Assembly (NCBI GenBank): GCA_963850315.1
Contig: CAWKKN010000007.1
Coordinates: 146,719 to 210,718, forward strand
DNA: 64,000 nt
Direction: 5' to 3'
Source: an uncultured Actinomycetes bacterium
GTDB lineage: Bacteria; Actinomycetota; UBA4738; HRBIN12
A program made the position numbers and the translations under genes. The notes under the pieces were generated by a model. That model saw only the letters and a list, made by a program, of their open reading frames with translations, had not been told where the DNA came from and searched no databases. Of the stretch, positions 28,458 to 37,855 are shown in pieces; the stretch's first letter is position 1; each line of letters begins with the position of its first letter.

Positions 28458-31307
28458 GTGACCTGCGCGGTATGCGGCCAGTCCCTTCCGGAGGATGCGC
28501 GGTTCTGTCCGAACTGCGGCACCGTCGTGACGTCCTCGCTCCAGACGCAGGAACGCAAGGTGATCAGCATCGTGTTCGCGGACCTCGTGGATTCCACCGG
28601 GCTCGCGCAGCGTCTGGACCCCGAGCGGGCGCGCGAGGTCCTCGGTCAGTTCTACGACACGGTCACCGAGGAGCTGCGGACCCTCCGCGGGGTCCCCGAG
28701 AAGTTCATCGGCGACGCCGTCATGGCGGTGTTCGGACTGCCCCACGTGCACGAGGACGACGGCGTGCGGGCGGTCCGCGCGGGGCTTGCGATCCGCGCGC
28801 GCATGCGCCGGTTGAGCGAGGAGCTCGGCCTCGCGGAGCCGCTCGAGGTCCGGGTGGGGATCGAGACTGGGGAGGCCGCCACCGGCGTGGCGCCGTCCGG
28901 TCAGCTGCTCGTGACGGGCACGGTCGTCAACGCCGCCGCCCGGCTGCAGACGGCGGCTGGCCCCGGCGAGGTCCTCGCCGGGGAGACGGCTCACGCCCTC
29001 ACCGAGTCCTCCGTCTCCTTCGGCCCCCGCCGGGACGTGGAGGCGAAGGGATTCGCCGGCGGTCTCGTCGCCTATCCCGTGCAGGGTCTCACGACGCGCT
29101 CGGTGCGCCGAACGATCCCGTTCGTGGGACGCGCGAACGAGCTCACGATCCTGAGCGACGGCTTCGCCCGGGTCGTCGCCACGCGGCGCCCGCTGCTCGT
29201 CACCATCTTCGGCGAATCTGGGATCGGGAAGACACGCCTCGCCGAGGAGTTCGTGGCCAGGTTCGGTGACGGCGAGACGGTCTTGGCGGGACACAGCCAC
29301 CTCGCCACCGACAGCGCCACGTTCGCGCCCGCCGCCTCGATCGTGCGCGAAGCAGCGGGCATCGAGCACGAAGAGCCGCCGGCGAAGTCGTTGCAGCGCC
29401 TCCGCGAGCTCGTCGAACGGCTGGGATCGTCGAACGACGGACCCGATGAGCCGGTTGCCGCTCGGACCGTCGATCGCCTCGCGCTACTGCTCGGGTTGGC
29501 CGAGCACAACCGTGAGCAGTCCGCCTACCTGCAAGAGGTGCAGGCGGGCGTGCTCGCGCTGGTGGAGGGGCTCGCGTCGCGGGAGCCGATGATCCTGCTC
29601 TTCGACGACGTGCAGCCGCTGCGCGCCCCGATGCTCGACCTGATCGAACGGCTCGCGTCGCGGACCCGTAGCCGCTCGGGTCCGGCCCTCGTGCTCGTCA
29701 CGGCCCGCCCCGAGCTCTCCGAGCAGCGGCCGGGCTGGGGCTCGGGCGCTGCGAACCACCTCATGCTGCACCTCGAGCCGTTGACGCCTGCCGACGCCGT
29801 GTCGCTCGTCCGCCAAGCGAGCGGCGGGCGGATCGACGGGACCGAGGCCACCGCCCTGGCGGCGCGCGCGGGGGGGAACCCGTTCTTCATCGTGGAGTCC
29901 ACCGGAGCCTTGCTCGCCGGCGACGACTCCGGCGCGGGACTGCCACCCACGGTCCAGGCGGTCGTCGCGTCCAGGATCGACGCCCTCCCTCGGCTCGAAC
30001 GCGACCTCGCGCGGCGGCTCTCCGTCTTCTTCGTCCCGTTCGACCTCGAGGAGGCGCGCCTCGTCGGTCCCTGCGACCTTGAGCAGCTGCTTCGGCTCGA
30101 GGATGCCGAGATCGTCGTGCGGGAGGAGGGCGGACGTTCGGGTTCGCTCACCCGCTGGCGTCTGCGCCACGAGACCCTGCGTGAGGTCGCATACGCGAGC
30201 CTGCCGAAGCGCCAGCGGATGCAGCTCCACCTTGCCGTCGCCGACTTTCTGCTGTCAACCGACCACATCTCCTACGCCGCTGAGCATCTCGAGTGTGCGG
30301 CCCAGGCCTCCATCGATCTCGACCCCACGGACCGGACGCTTCCCGAGCGCGCCGCCGACGCGCTTCTCGCGGCGGGAGACCGAGCGCGGCGTCGCATGGA
30401 GTCGCGCTCCGCCGTGGAATACTACGAGCGGGCGCTCGCGATGAGCCCCGAGGACCTGTGGGGCGTGCGGGAGGCCCGCGCCCTGGCGGGGATCGGCGAG
30501 GCGCGTTACTGGCTCGCCGAGTACGGCGCGGCGCGCGAGGCGATGGATCGAGCCGCCGTGCTCGGCACCGAGCAGAACGACGACTGGACGCTGTCGCTCG
30601 CGTTGCGGTTCTTGGGCGACATCGCCATCAACGTCGAGGCCGACCTCGACAGGGCGGAGATGCTGCTGGGGCGCTCGCTCGCCTCCGCCGAGGCGCTCGA
30701 AGACCCGTGGGCGATCGCCCGCACGCTGCTGTTCGCGGGCTGGGTTCCCTGGACCCGGGAGCGCAACGACGAAGCGGAGCCGCTGTGGCAGCGCGCGCTG
30801 TCGCTCGCCCGCGAACACAGCGACCGGTGGGCGGAAGTGCGGGCCCTCACCTCGCTCTCGATCAACCACGAGAGCCTGGGGGACGCCGAAGGCGCTGAGG
30901 GCTACATCGACGAAGCGGAGACGGCCGCGGACGCGATGGACGACCAGTTCAGCGTCGCCGTGACGACGACACAGCGTGGTCGACTGTTCGAGGACGCGGG
31001 CCGCAATGAGGAGTCGGTAGCGTGCTTCGATCGAGCGATCGCCATCTTCGCGGATCTCGGAGCGCGGTGGGAGCTCGCCGACGCGCTCGCGGAGCGCGGC
31101 ATCGCGAACCGAGAGATGGGCAATCTCGACGAGGCCGAGCGGGATCTCGGCCAGGCCGTACGGCTGTCCGAGGAGCTCGGCGAGCGCCAGCTCGCCGGCT
31201 GGACCTGGCGTGCGCTCGCGCGCGTCGCCGAGGGCCGAGGCGACCGCGCCGAGGCGGCGGAGAGGTTCCGTCGCGCAGAAGAAGAGGAGGCGCGCCGGCC
31301 ACGGTGA
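28458..31307 (+). CDS. Zn-ribbon + class III adenylate/guanylate cyclase + STAND-type NTPase + TPR protein
   Basis: CAVCG..FCPNCG; FADLVDST, EKFIGDA, VNAAARLQ; Walker A GESGIGKT, Walker B LLFDD; GGNPFF; helical repeats; TATGCT 6 nt before the GTG. Confidence 0.9.
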   Translation: MTCAVCGQSLPEDARFCPNCGTVVTSSLQTQERKVISIVFADLVDSTGLAQRLDPERAREVLGQFYDTVTEELRTLRGVPEKFIGDAVMAVFGLPHVHEDDGVRAVRAGLAIRARMRRLSEELGLAEPLEVRVGIETGEAATGVAPSGQLLVTGTVVNAAARLQTAAGPGEVLAGETAHALTESSVSFGPRRDVEAKGFAGGLVAYPVQGLTTRSVRRTIPFVGRANELTILSDGFARVVATRRPLLVTIFGESGIGKTRLAEEFVARFGDGETVLAGHSHLATDSATFAPAASIVREAAGIEHEEPPAKSLQRLRELVERLGSSNDGPDEPVAARTVDRLALLLGLAEHNREQSAYLQEVQAGVLALVEGLASREPMILLFDDVQPLRAPMLDLIERLASRTRSRSGPALVLVTARPELSEQRPGWGSGAANHLMLHLEPLTPADAVSLVRQASGGRIDGTEATALAARAGGNPFFIVESTGALLAGDDSGAGLPPTVQAVVASRIDALPRLERDLARRLSVFFVPFDLEEARLVGPCDLEQLLRLEDAEIVVREEGGRSGSLTRWRLRHETLREVAYASLPKRQRMQLHLAVADFLLSTDHISYAAEHLECAAQASIDLDPTDRTLPERAADALLAAGDRARRRMESRSAVEYYERALAMSPEDLWGVREARALAGIGEARYWLAEYGAAREAMDRAAVLGTEQNDDWTLSLALRFLGDIAINVEADLDRAEMLLGRSLASAEALEDPWAIARTLLFAGWVPWTRERNDEAEPLWQRALSLAREHSDRWAEVRALTSLSINHESLGDAEGAEGYIDEAETAADAMDDQFSVAVTTTQRGRLFEDAGRNEESVACFDRAIAIFADLGARWELADALAERGIANREMGNLDEAERDLGQAVRLSEELGERQLAGWTWRALARVAEGRGDRAEAAERFRRAEEEEARRPR

Positions 31308-31319
31308 GCGTCAGTAGTC

Positions 31320-32372
31320 TTACACGAGGCTGTTTGGCGCCCGCACGCCGTCGACCAGCTGGTCGATCGTGCAGCCGCGCGGGTCCGCGTCGACGACCCA
31401 TCGAACCAACTTCGCCGCCTTACGGAACCGCCTGCCCCGCAATCGCTCGTACTCGACCTCGCAGACGAGCGACGGATCGACATCGATCCAGTCGCGACCC
31501 TCGGAGAAGCGACCGACGCGAGCCCCCGGGGCGACCGCCGCGAGCACGGCGGTCGCCTCGCGGCGGGCCGGCGCCCCCCGGAAGGCACGTGTGTGTCCGA
31601 CCTCGACGATCTCGCCGTCGTCGAACAAGCCAAGCCGCAGCGAGCGGAGGCCGGAGCTGCCCGATGATCGGATCCCCGTCACGACGCACGCCGCCGTACG
31701 CAACCGCCGAACGCGCACTTCCACCCGGCCGTCCGCCTGGCGGGCGATGAGTCCGTCGCGTCCCACCGCGTCGGCGTCGTCGAGCCAGCGCCGCGCGATC
31801 CCCAGATCGAACGTTTGGGGCGTGACGGTCAACGCCACGCCCGGCGCCAAGCGGCCGAGGTGCGCGGGCATGGTCCCCACCTCGGCGCGTTCGGCGAGAT
31901 CCATCAGTCGGTCCCTGCGGCGTTCCAACGGCAGCGCCCGTAGCTCCTCGGCGCCCTCGCTCAGCAGGTCGGTGAGCACCAGCGTCGCCGGCCAGTCCAC
32001 CGAGACCTGCGCCACCCGGGTGGCGGACGGATGGATCCGCCGGCGCAACAGGTCGAACGAGAACCCTTCGGGCCGCATCACCACCAGCGAACCCTGCAGC
32101 GTGAGATCCCCGGGCGGAAGCGCTCCGACGGCGCGCACGATCTCGGGGAAGTAGCGGCCGAGAGGGCGGTGTCGCTGGGAGGTGATCCAGACCGCGCTGC
32201 CCTCCCGCCGTACCTGCGCCCGCAGGCCGTCCCAGTCGGGTTCGTAGCGCCAATCGGACCCGTGGGGTATCCGCTCGACGACGGCCACCCACGACGATCC
32301 ATGCGGTACCTCAGGTAACGAGACGACGTCGCGCGCGACGTCGACCAGCGTTTCTTCCTCCCCGTGGACCAT
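31320..32372 (-). CDS. LigC-like ATP-dependent DNA ligase homologue lacking catalytic residues
   Basis: YEPDWDGLR (motif I K->D), [34 protein letters not shown]...DADPRGC; ORF uninterrupted. Confidence 0.85.
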   Translation of the reverse strand: MVHGEEETLVDVARDVVSLPEVPHGSSWVAVVERIPHGSDWRYEPDWDGLRAQVRREGSAVWITSQRHRPLGRYFPEIVRAVGALPPGDLTLQGSLVVMRPEGFSFDLLRRRIHPSATRVAQVSVDWPATLVLTDLLSEGAEELRALPLERRRDRLMDLAERAEVGTMPAHLGRLAPGVALTVTPQTFDLGIARRWLDDADAVGRDGLIARQADGRVEVRVRRLRTAACVVTGIRSSGSSGLRSLRLGLFDDGEIVEVGHTRAFRGAPARREATAVLAAVAPGARVGRFSEGRDWIDVDPSLVCEVEYERLRGRRFRKAAKLVRWVVDADPRGCTIDQLVDGVRAPNSLV

Positions 32373-32553
32373 ACCCCGACCCTCGCATCCGGGACTCGGA
32401 ACCACATCGGGCAGACGTCTGGGATCCGCCCAACTCTTCGGCCGAGTCGTCGTCGGACGATCGGGGGGGGAGCCGAGCGAGGTACAGCACGGGACCCACG
32501 CACCGCGACCCCGTAACGTGGGGCCTGCCGATCGAGACCGTAGGCGTGAGGTG

Positions 32554-33000
32554 ATGAAGATGAAGAAACCCGACTTCTCGCAACGACCGATACCGGGCAG
32601 CGATGCAGAGTGGCGTCGCGTCCTGACTCCCGAGCAGTACGAGGTTCTGCGCAACAAGGGCACCGAGCGCGCCTTCACCGGCGCCTACGCCATGACGAAG
32701 GATCAGGGCGTCTACCGGTGCGCCGGCTGCGGAGCCGAGCTCTTCTCTTCCGACACGAAGTTCGAGTCCGGCACCGGCTGGCCGAGCTTCTGGGAGCCCC
32801 TCACGCACGGCGTCGTGGACCTGCACGAGGACATCAGCCACGGGATGCGACGTACCGAGGTCACCTGCGCGCGATGCGGAGGGCACCTGGGGCACGTCTT
32901 CGACGACGGTCCCGCCCCAACGGGCGAGCGCTACTGCATGAACTCTGTGGCGCTGGCGCTGGAGCCCGCGGAGACGCCACCGGGCGTCTCCGAACCGTAG
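32554..33000 (+). CDS. msrB: Peptide-methionine (R)-S-oxide reductase
   Basis: [48 protein letters not shown]. Confidence 0.95.
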   Translation: MKMKKPDFSQRPIPGSDAEWRRVLTPEQYEVLRNKGTERAFTGAYAMTKDQGVYRCAGCGAELFSSDTKFESGTGWPSFWEPLTHGVVDLHEDISHGMRRTEVTCARCGGHLGHVFDDGPAPTGERYCMNSVALALEPAETPPGVSEP

Positions 33001-33461
33001 CGCTCTATCTCGGCTTCGATGTCGAGGGGCCGCATCTGGGTCTTCGCCGCGATCACCGCATCGTCGAGGAGCCCTCCGGGCACGAGCCAACACACCTCGA
33101 ACTCCAGTCCGTCGGGATCGCGACCGTAGAGGGCCTTGGTCGTGCTGTGATCGGTGGCACCGACGAGCGCGCCGGCCTCGGCGAGGCGCGCCGCGACGTC
33201 TCTGAGGTCGCCGAGCGTCTGCACCTCCCAGGCGATGTGATACAGGCCGACGGTGCTGCGCCCGGCCGTGGAGGGGCCGGCGGCATCACCGATCGAGAAC
33301 AACCCCAGGTCGTGATCGTTCGTCGAGTCGGGCGCCTGCAGGAACTTCGCCCCCGGCATCTCCGCGACGACGCGGAACCCCAACACGTCGCGGTAGAACC
33401 TGTACGTCACCTCCGCGTCCCGCACGTAGAGCACCGCGTGGTTCATCCGTTTGATCGCCAT
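32931..33461 (-). CDS. VOC-family protein (extradiol-dioxygenase/glyoxalase-like)
   Basis: [36 protein letters not shown]; 3' end overlaps msrB by 70 nt. Confidence 0.85.
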   Translation of the reverse strand: MAIKRMNHAVLYVRDAEVTYRFYRDVLGFRVVAEMPGAKFLQAPDSTNDHDLGLFSIGDAAGPSTAGRSTVGLYHIAWEVQTLGDLRDVAARLAEAGALVGATDHSTTKALYGRDPDGLEFEVCWLVPGGLLDDAVIAAKTQMRPLDIEAEIERYGSETPGGVSAGSSASATEFMQ

Positions 33462-33508
33462 GTCCCTCCCTTGGACGCCGGCCCTTGTGGGCCGACGATG
33501 GCAGAGCC

Positions 33509-34750
33509 CTAGACCGCAGGACCTCCGCCGATCAGGCTCACGGACGACGTGTGCGAGCCGCCGTTCGCGTCCACCCAGGTCACCTGCACCACGTCACCGG
33601 GCTCGTGTTGGTGGAGCACGGTGCCGAGAGAGTCGCCCGAAGAGATCGTCTGGCCGTCGATCGAGGTGATGACTGCGCCGGGCCCGATGCCGGCCTTCGC
33701 CGCCGGCGTACCCGGCAGGGCCCCGCCCACGAAGGCTCCGCTCGCGCCTCCGGGGCTCACCTGGGTCGAGGGCGACCGGCTGAGGAAAACCCCGAGGAAC
33801 CCCCGAGGCCCGATGAAGACCGTGGACGACCCCTGGTGCGCGCGGATCTGGTTCACGATCTTGATCGCCGCATCCGTCGTGATGGCGAACCCGACCCGTG
33901 ACGTCGTGCTCGCGGTGCCGGTTCGCGAGCCCGCGGTGATCATGCCCACGACCTGACCCGACGCATCCACGAGCACGCCGCCCGAGTCGCCGGGACTGAT
34001 CTGAGCGTCGGTCTGGATCATACCGTGCAGCTGCTCCGAGCCCCCCGACTCGTCGTTCGCGGTGATCGTGCGGTTGAGGCCGGTGACGGAGCCCGACGTC
34101 GTGGACGGCGTCCCTCCGCGCCCGAGCGCGTTGCCGATCGCCACGAGCTCCTGCCCGAGCTGGAGCGAAGAGGCGTTCCCGACGCTCACCGTCGGCAACC
34201 CGGACACGCCCTGTACCTGGATGAGCGCGACGTCGTCGGTGGGATCGGCCCCCAGGACCGTCGCCTCGTGCGTGCCGTGGCCCGGGACGGCCACGCGGAT
34301 CGTCGTCGCCCGCACGACCACGTGGTTGTTCGTGAGCACCTCGCCGGTGGGCGTGAGGATCATGCCGGTGCCGGCGCCGAGCGGTTGGTCGCCGGGCGAG
34401 CCCGGGACGTACGAGGTTCGTTGGAAGGTGTTGATATCGACGACCGCCGGCACCACGCGGGCCGCGATCGCCTGCGCGTTCGATGCCTCGCCGCTCGAGC
34501 CGGATCCCAGAGACGGCACGGGGGCGGCGACGCTCGCCGTCGCCTCCCTGCGCGTGAGACCCCATCCGATGCCGGCGCCCGCGACGATGAGCAGGATCCC
34601 CGCCAGCGCGGCCGCCAACGCCGCCCTGGCTCGCCGAGGCGCTGGTGCGCTCGGCAGGGGCTCGAACAGGTCGCCCGGAGGCGGGGGGAGCGGCGGGAGC
34701 GCGTTCCGGGGCTCGAATGGGGGTTCGTGCATCTCGTGCATCTCATCCAT
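33509..34750 (-). CDS. HtrA-like membrane-anchored serine protease with PDZ domain
   Basis: TM helix; triad VLTNNHVV, DDVALI, ISPGDSGG; PDZ segment GTPAAKAGI. Confidence 0.9.
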   Translation of the reverse strand: MDEMHEMHEPPFEPRNALPPLPPPPGDLFEPLPSAPAPRRARAALAAALAGILLIVAGAGIGWGLTRREATASVAAPVPSLGSGSSGEASNAQAIAARVVPAVVDINTFQRTSYVPGSPGDQPLGAGTGMILTPTGEVLTNNHVVVRATTIRVAVPGHGTHEATVLGADPTDDVALIQVQGVSGLPTVSVGNASSLQLGQELVAIGNALGRGGTPSTTSGSVTGLNRTITANDESGGSEQLHGMIQTDAQISPGDSGGVLVDASGQVVGMITAGSRTGTASTTSRVGFAITTDAAIKIVNQIRAHQGSSTVFIGPRGFLGVFLSRSPSTQVSPGGASGAFVGGALPGTPAAKAGIGPGAVITSIDGQTISSGDSLGTVLHQHEPGDVVQVTWVDANGGSHTSSVSLIGGGPAV

Positions 34751-36284
34751 CTTCCTCGACCTCCGCCGTTGCGACGACCCCGCTCGATGATCGTCGCCGA
34801 TCCTGGGGGGTCACTGAGAGGGCGGTAGGCGTGTCCTGGGGATCGGGACGGACCGGTGGCTCAACCGGCAAGCGGACGGAGAAGGTGGTCCCCGTGCCCG
34901 GTTCGCTCCTCACGCTCGCCTCGCCCCCGTGCGCCTCCGCGATCGCCGCCACGATGGACAGGCCGAGCCCGGCTCCCGACGCCGCGGGGTCGCCCTCGGC
35001 GAGGTGGTTGCGCTCCCTCGATGCATCGGCTCGATAGAACGGCTCGAACAGATGGGCGGCGTCCTCCGGCGCGATCCCGGGGCCGTCGTCGCTGACTTCC
35101 ACGACGGCCCACCCGGGCTCCGACCGCAGCCGCACCTCGACCGGGCTGCCGGCCGGGGTGTGCGCGAGCGCGTTGCCGAGCAGGTTCGCGACGACCTGAC
35201 GGAGCCGGTCGTCGTCGCCCGTCACGGTGAGCTCCTGGGGCGCATCGAGGCCGATCCGGCGCTCGGGATCGACGACGCGGGCATCGTGAACGGCGTCGGA
35301 CGCGACCCTCGCCAGGTCGACGGGCCGGCGTTCGACCGGGCGGCCCTGGCCCGCCCGCGCGAGGAACAGCAGGTCCTCCACGAGGGTGCCCATCCGTTGG
35401 CTCTCCTGCTCGATGCGCCGCATGGACAGCGCGGTGTCCTGCGGATCGTCGCCGGCGCCTCGACGGAAGAGCTCGGCGTAACCGCGGATGGATGTGAGCG
35501 GCGTGCGCAGCTCGTGCGAAGCGTCGGCGAGGAACCGGCGGAGCGCCTCCTCCGATGCGAGCCGCTCGTCCATCGACTGCTCGATGCGGCCGAGCATGAC
35601 GTTGAGCGCGGCACCGAGCCGGCCCACCTCCGTCCGGGGATCGGTTTCCTCGACGCGTCGGGATAGGTCGCCGGCGGCGATGGCACCGGCCGTCTGTTCG
35701 ATCCGTTCCAACGGCCGGAGACCGCGGCGCACCGTCCACCAGGACACCGCCGCCATCGTCGCGAGAACCGCGGCGGTGACGACGAGCGCGATCCACACGA
35801 GGTTGCGGAGCGTGTCCGTTACGTCCGTGAGCGGGATGGCCACAACGAACGCACCCCCGCCTTGCACGGACGTCACGAACACCCGGTACCGTACCCCTCC
35901 ACTCGCTGCTGCCACCGTGAACGGAGCGGCGTCCGGCCCGCCCAACGCATCGATCGACCGAGGCAGCAGCGGCTTCGGGGGGGACGCTTCGCCAGGGTAG
36001 GTCTGCAGGAACTGACCGACCCGTAACGTGTTGGACCCGTCGAACAGAGCGACGTAGGTGTTCGAGGGGATCCCGGAGTCGCCCGTCGGCCCGCCCGTCT
36101 GCCCGTCGGGCGGGAAGGGATGCTGGATCTCGATGGCCGCCGGGACGACGGCCGCGTGCAGCTGCTGGTCCGCGCGCCGCATGAGGAACGACCGGAGCGC
36201 CGTGTACGTGGCGACGTCGGCCGCGACGAGCCCGAGGGCCAGCAGCACGACGAGGACGACGGTGAGCCGCGCCCGCAGGGTCAC
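34743..36284 (-). CDS. HAMP-domain sensor histidine kinase (PhoR/TcrY-like)
   Basis: Two TMs; LRPLERI, TEVGRL, ASHELRTPLTSI, NLLGNA, DDGPG, GLGLSI. Confidence 0.92.
   Translation of the reverse strand: MTLRARLTVVLVVLLALGLVAADVATYTALRSFLMRRADQQLHAAVVPAAIEIQHPFPPDGQTGGPTGDSGIPSNTYVALFDGSNTLRVGQFLQTYPGEASPPKPLLPRSIDALGGPDAAPFTVAAASGGVRYRVFVTSVQGGGAFVVAIPLTDVTDTLRNLVWIALVVTAAVLATMAAVSWWTVRRGLRPLERIEQTAGAIAAGDLSRRVEETDPRTEVGRLGAALNVMLGRIEQSMDERLASEEALRRFLADASHELRTPLTSIRGYAELFRRGAGDDPQDTALSMRRIEQESQRMGTLVEDLLFLARAGQGRPVERRPVDLARVASDAVHDARVVDPERRIGLDAPQELTVTGDDDRLRQVVANLLGNALAHTPAGSPVEVRLRSEPGWAVVEVSDDGPGIAPEDAAHLFEPFYRADASRERNHLAEGDPAASGAGLGLSIVAAIAEAHGGEASVRSEPGTGTTFSVRLPVEPPVRPDPQDTPTALSVTPQDRRRSSSGVVATAEVEEDG
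34802..34819 (-). promoter_or_regulatory. Possible second PhoP-like box upstream of htrA (inside the kinase 3' end)
   Basis: Minus strand TCTCAGT-GACC-CCCCAGG, same 11-bp period as the site at 37003-37020. Confidence 0.4.
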
Positions 36285-36288
36285 GACC

Positions 36289-36981
36289 TCACTCCCCCGC
36301 CGGGGGCGCCACCAGCCGATAGCCCACGCCGCGGACCGTCTGGATCAGCGGGGGTCCGAACGAGTCGAGCTTGCGCCGTACGTAACTGACATAGGTCTCC
36401 ACGATGTTCGCGTCGCCGCCGAAGTCGTAGTGCCACACGTGGTCGAGGATCTGCGCTTTGGACAGGACCCGCGGCGCGTTCTGCATCAGGTAGCGCAGGA
36501 GACGGAACTCGGTGGCGGTGAGCTCGATCAGGCCTCCCGCCCTTCGGACCTCGTGCAGTTCGTCATCGAGCTCCAGATCGGCGAACACCAGCGGACCGGC
36601 CCCGTCCCCGGAGCCCGATCGCCGGAGCAGCACGCGCACCCGCGCCACCAACTCCTCCAGGCTGAAGGGCTTCGTGACGTAGTCGTCGCCGCCGAGGGTG
36701 AGGCCTCGCACCTTGTCCTCGACGGCGTCACGCGCTGTGAGGAACAGGATCGGCACGTCTACCCGCTCGTTGGTCAGACGTTCGGTGAGGGCGAACCCGT
36801 CGAGATCCGGGAGCATCACGTCCAGGATGATCAGCTCGGGCCGGAAGTCCTCCACGGCCTTGAGCGCAGCCCGGCCGGTCGCCGCGCGTTCCACCTCGAA
36901 CCCCTCGTAGCGCAGCGCCATCGCCACCAGGTCCGTGATGTGGGGCTCGTCGTCGACAACCAAGACCCTCTGCCCGTCCAT
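36289..36981 (-). CDS. OmpR-family response regulator, mycobacterial PhoP/TcrX-like
   Basis: LFLTARD, GLTLGGDDYVTKPFSLEE, ILDHVWHYDFGGDANIVETYVSYVRRK. Confidence 0.92.
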   Translation of the reverse strand: MDGQRVLVVDDEPHITDLVAMALRYEGFEVERAATGRAALKAVEDFRPELIILDVMLPDLDGFALTERLTNERVDVPILFLTARDAVEDKVRGLTLGGDDYVTKPFSLEELVARVRVLLRRSGSGDGAGPLVFADLELDDELHEVRRAGGLIELTATEFRLLRYLMQNAPRVLSKAQILDHVWHYDFGGDANIVETYVSYVRRKLDSFGPPLIQTVRGVGYRLVAPPAGE

Positions 36982-36987
36982 ACGCGC

Positions 36988-37031
36988 ACCTTAGCGCCGG
37001 TTCCTGAGAACTCGCTGAGAGCCCTCTCAGC
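36988..37031 (-). promoter_or_regulatory. Leaderless promoter plus direct-repeat regulator site
   Basis: TAAGGT 6 nt before the ATG; minus strand TCTCAGC-GAGT-TCTCAGG (37020-37003); inverted copy at 37025-37031 forms palindrome CTGAGAG-CC-CTCTCAG. Confidence 0.7.
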
Positions 37032-37090
37032 GGTCCCTGGGACGAGCCCGCGTGATAGCGTCGCCGCGTCGAGACAGGGTGGAGGCGCCC

Positions 37091-37273
37091 ATGCTGTTGG
37101 AGGTGACCTGCCTGTGCGGATGGCAGGCGCGCGGCACCGAGGACGAGGTCGTGGACCAGCTCACGCGACACGCGTGGGACGACCATCAGGTCCGCAAGAC
37201 GCGCGAGGAGATCCTCGCGAACGCCACCCCGATCGGTCTCGACCCCGGAGATGCCGCCCCGGCCGCCGGCTGA
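37091..37273 (+). CDS. Small metal-binding protein (DUF1059-like)
   Basis: TCLCGWQARGTEDEVV...HAWDDH; RBS GGAGG. Confidence 0.75.
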   Translation: MLLEVTCLCGWQARGTEDEVVDQLTRHAWDDHQVRKTREEILANATPIGLDPGDAAPAAG

Positions 37274-37832
37274 GCAACCGCCGCCCGCCGAGGAGCCGAC
37301 GGGTCCGCACATCGAGATGGTGCCCGCCCTCAGCAACGTTGCCTGGTCCCCGGCGATGGTCGGGCAGTATCTCGAGGCGCTCATGGTGTACCTGGGCGTC
37401 GACGGCGCGCACCACCTGCGTCCCATCCACGCGACGACCCTTCGTACGGGCTGGCGGCCCGACCAACAACCGGGCCAGATGGCGCTCGCGGCGGTGCGGC
37501 GTTACGGCCTGCAGCCGCTGCTCGTGCACTCCACGTCCTGGCGGCAGGACGAGGGACACGTGATCCTCACCTATGTCGTGGCGGTGGCGCCCCCCACCGT
37601 CTTGAACGAGAACCTCTCCGATGAGCCGGTCCGCCGCGCCGAGCTCGCGCGCGGCGACGCGATGGGCCCGCCGCCGCGGATCGAGGTCGCGGAGGTGCTC
37701 GAGCACGCGTTCCGGCACCTGGCGTGGCTCGTGAAGGACGATCGCGCCGTGCGCGAGGCGCTGCCCGACTGGGTAGCGTTCCTCGCCGACTACGAGCCCG
37801 AGCCGTTCCGCGCGTTCGCGCCCCAGGTCTGA
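37251..37832 (+). CDS. Conserved-looking actinobacterial hypothetical protein
   Basis: VHSTSWR..VILTYV..LARG..VLEHAFRHLAWL; strong codon bias; start uncertain. Confidence 0.6.
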   Translation: MPPRPPAEQPPPAEEPTGPHIEMVPALSNVAWSPAMVGQYLEALMVYLGVDGAHHLRPIHATTLRTGWRPDQQPGQMALAAVRRYGLQPLLVHSTSWRQDEGHVILTYVVAVAPPTVLNENLSDEPVRRAELARGDAMGPPPRIEVAEVLEHAFRHLAWLVKDDRAVREALPDWVAFLADYEPEPFRAFAPQV

Positions 37833-37855
37833 AGGCCAAGGGACGGACGGCCGTC

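Noticed and set aside
32931-33000. 70-nt 3' overlap of msrB and the VOC gene
   Set aside because: Both tails are low-complexity stop-drift extensions; common in GC-rich genomes
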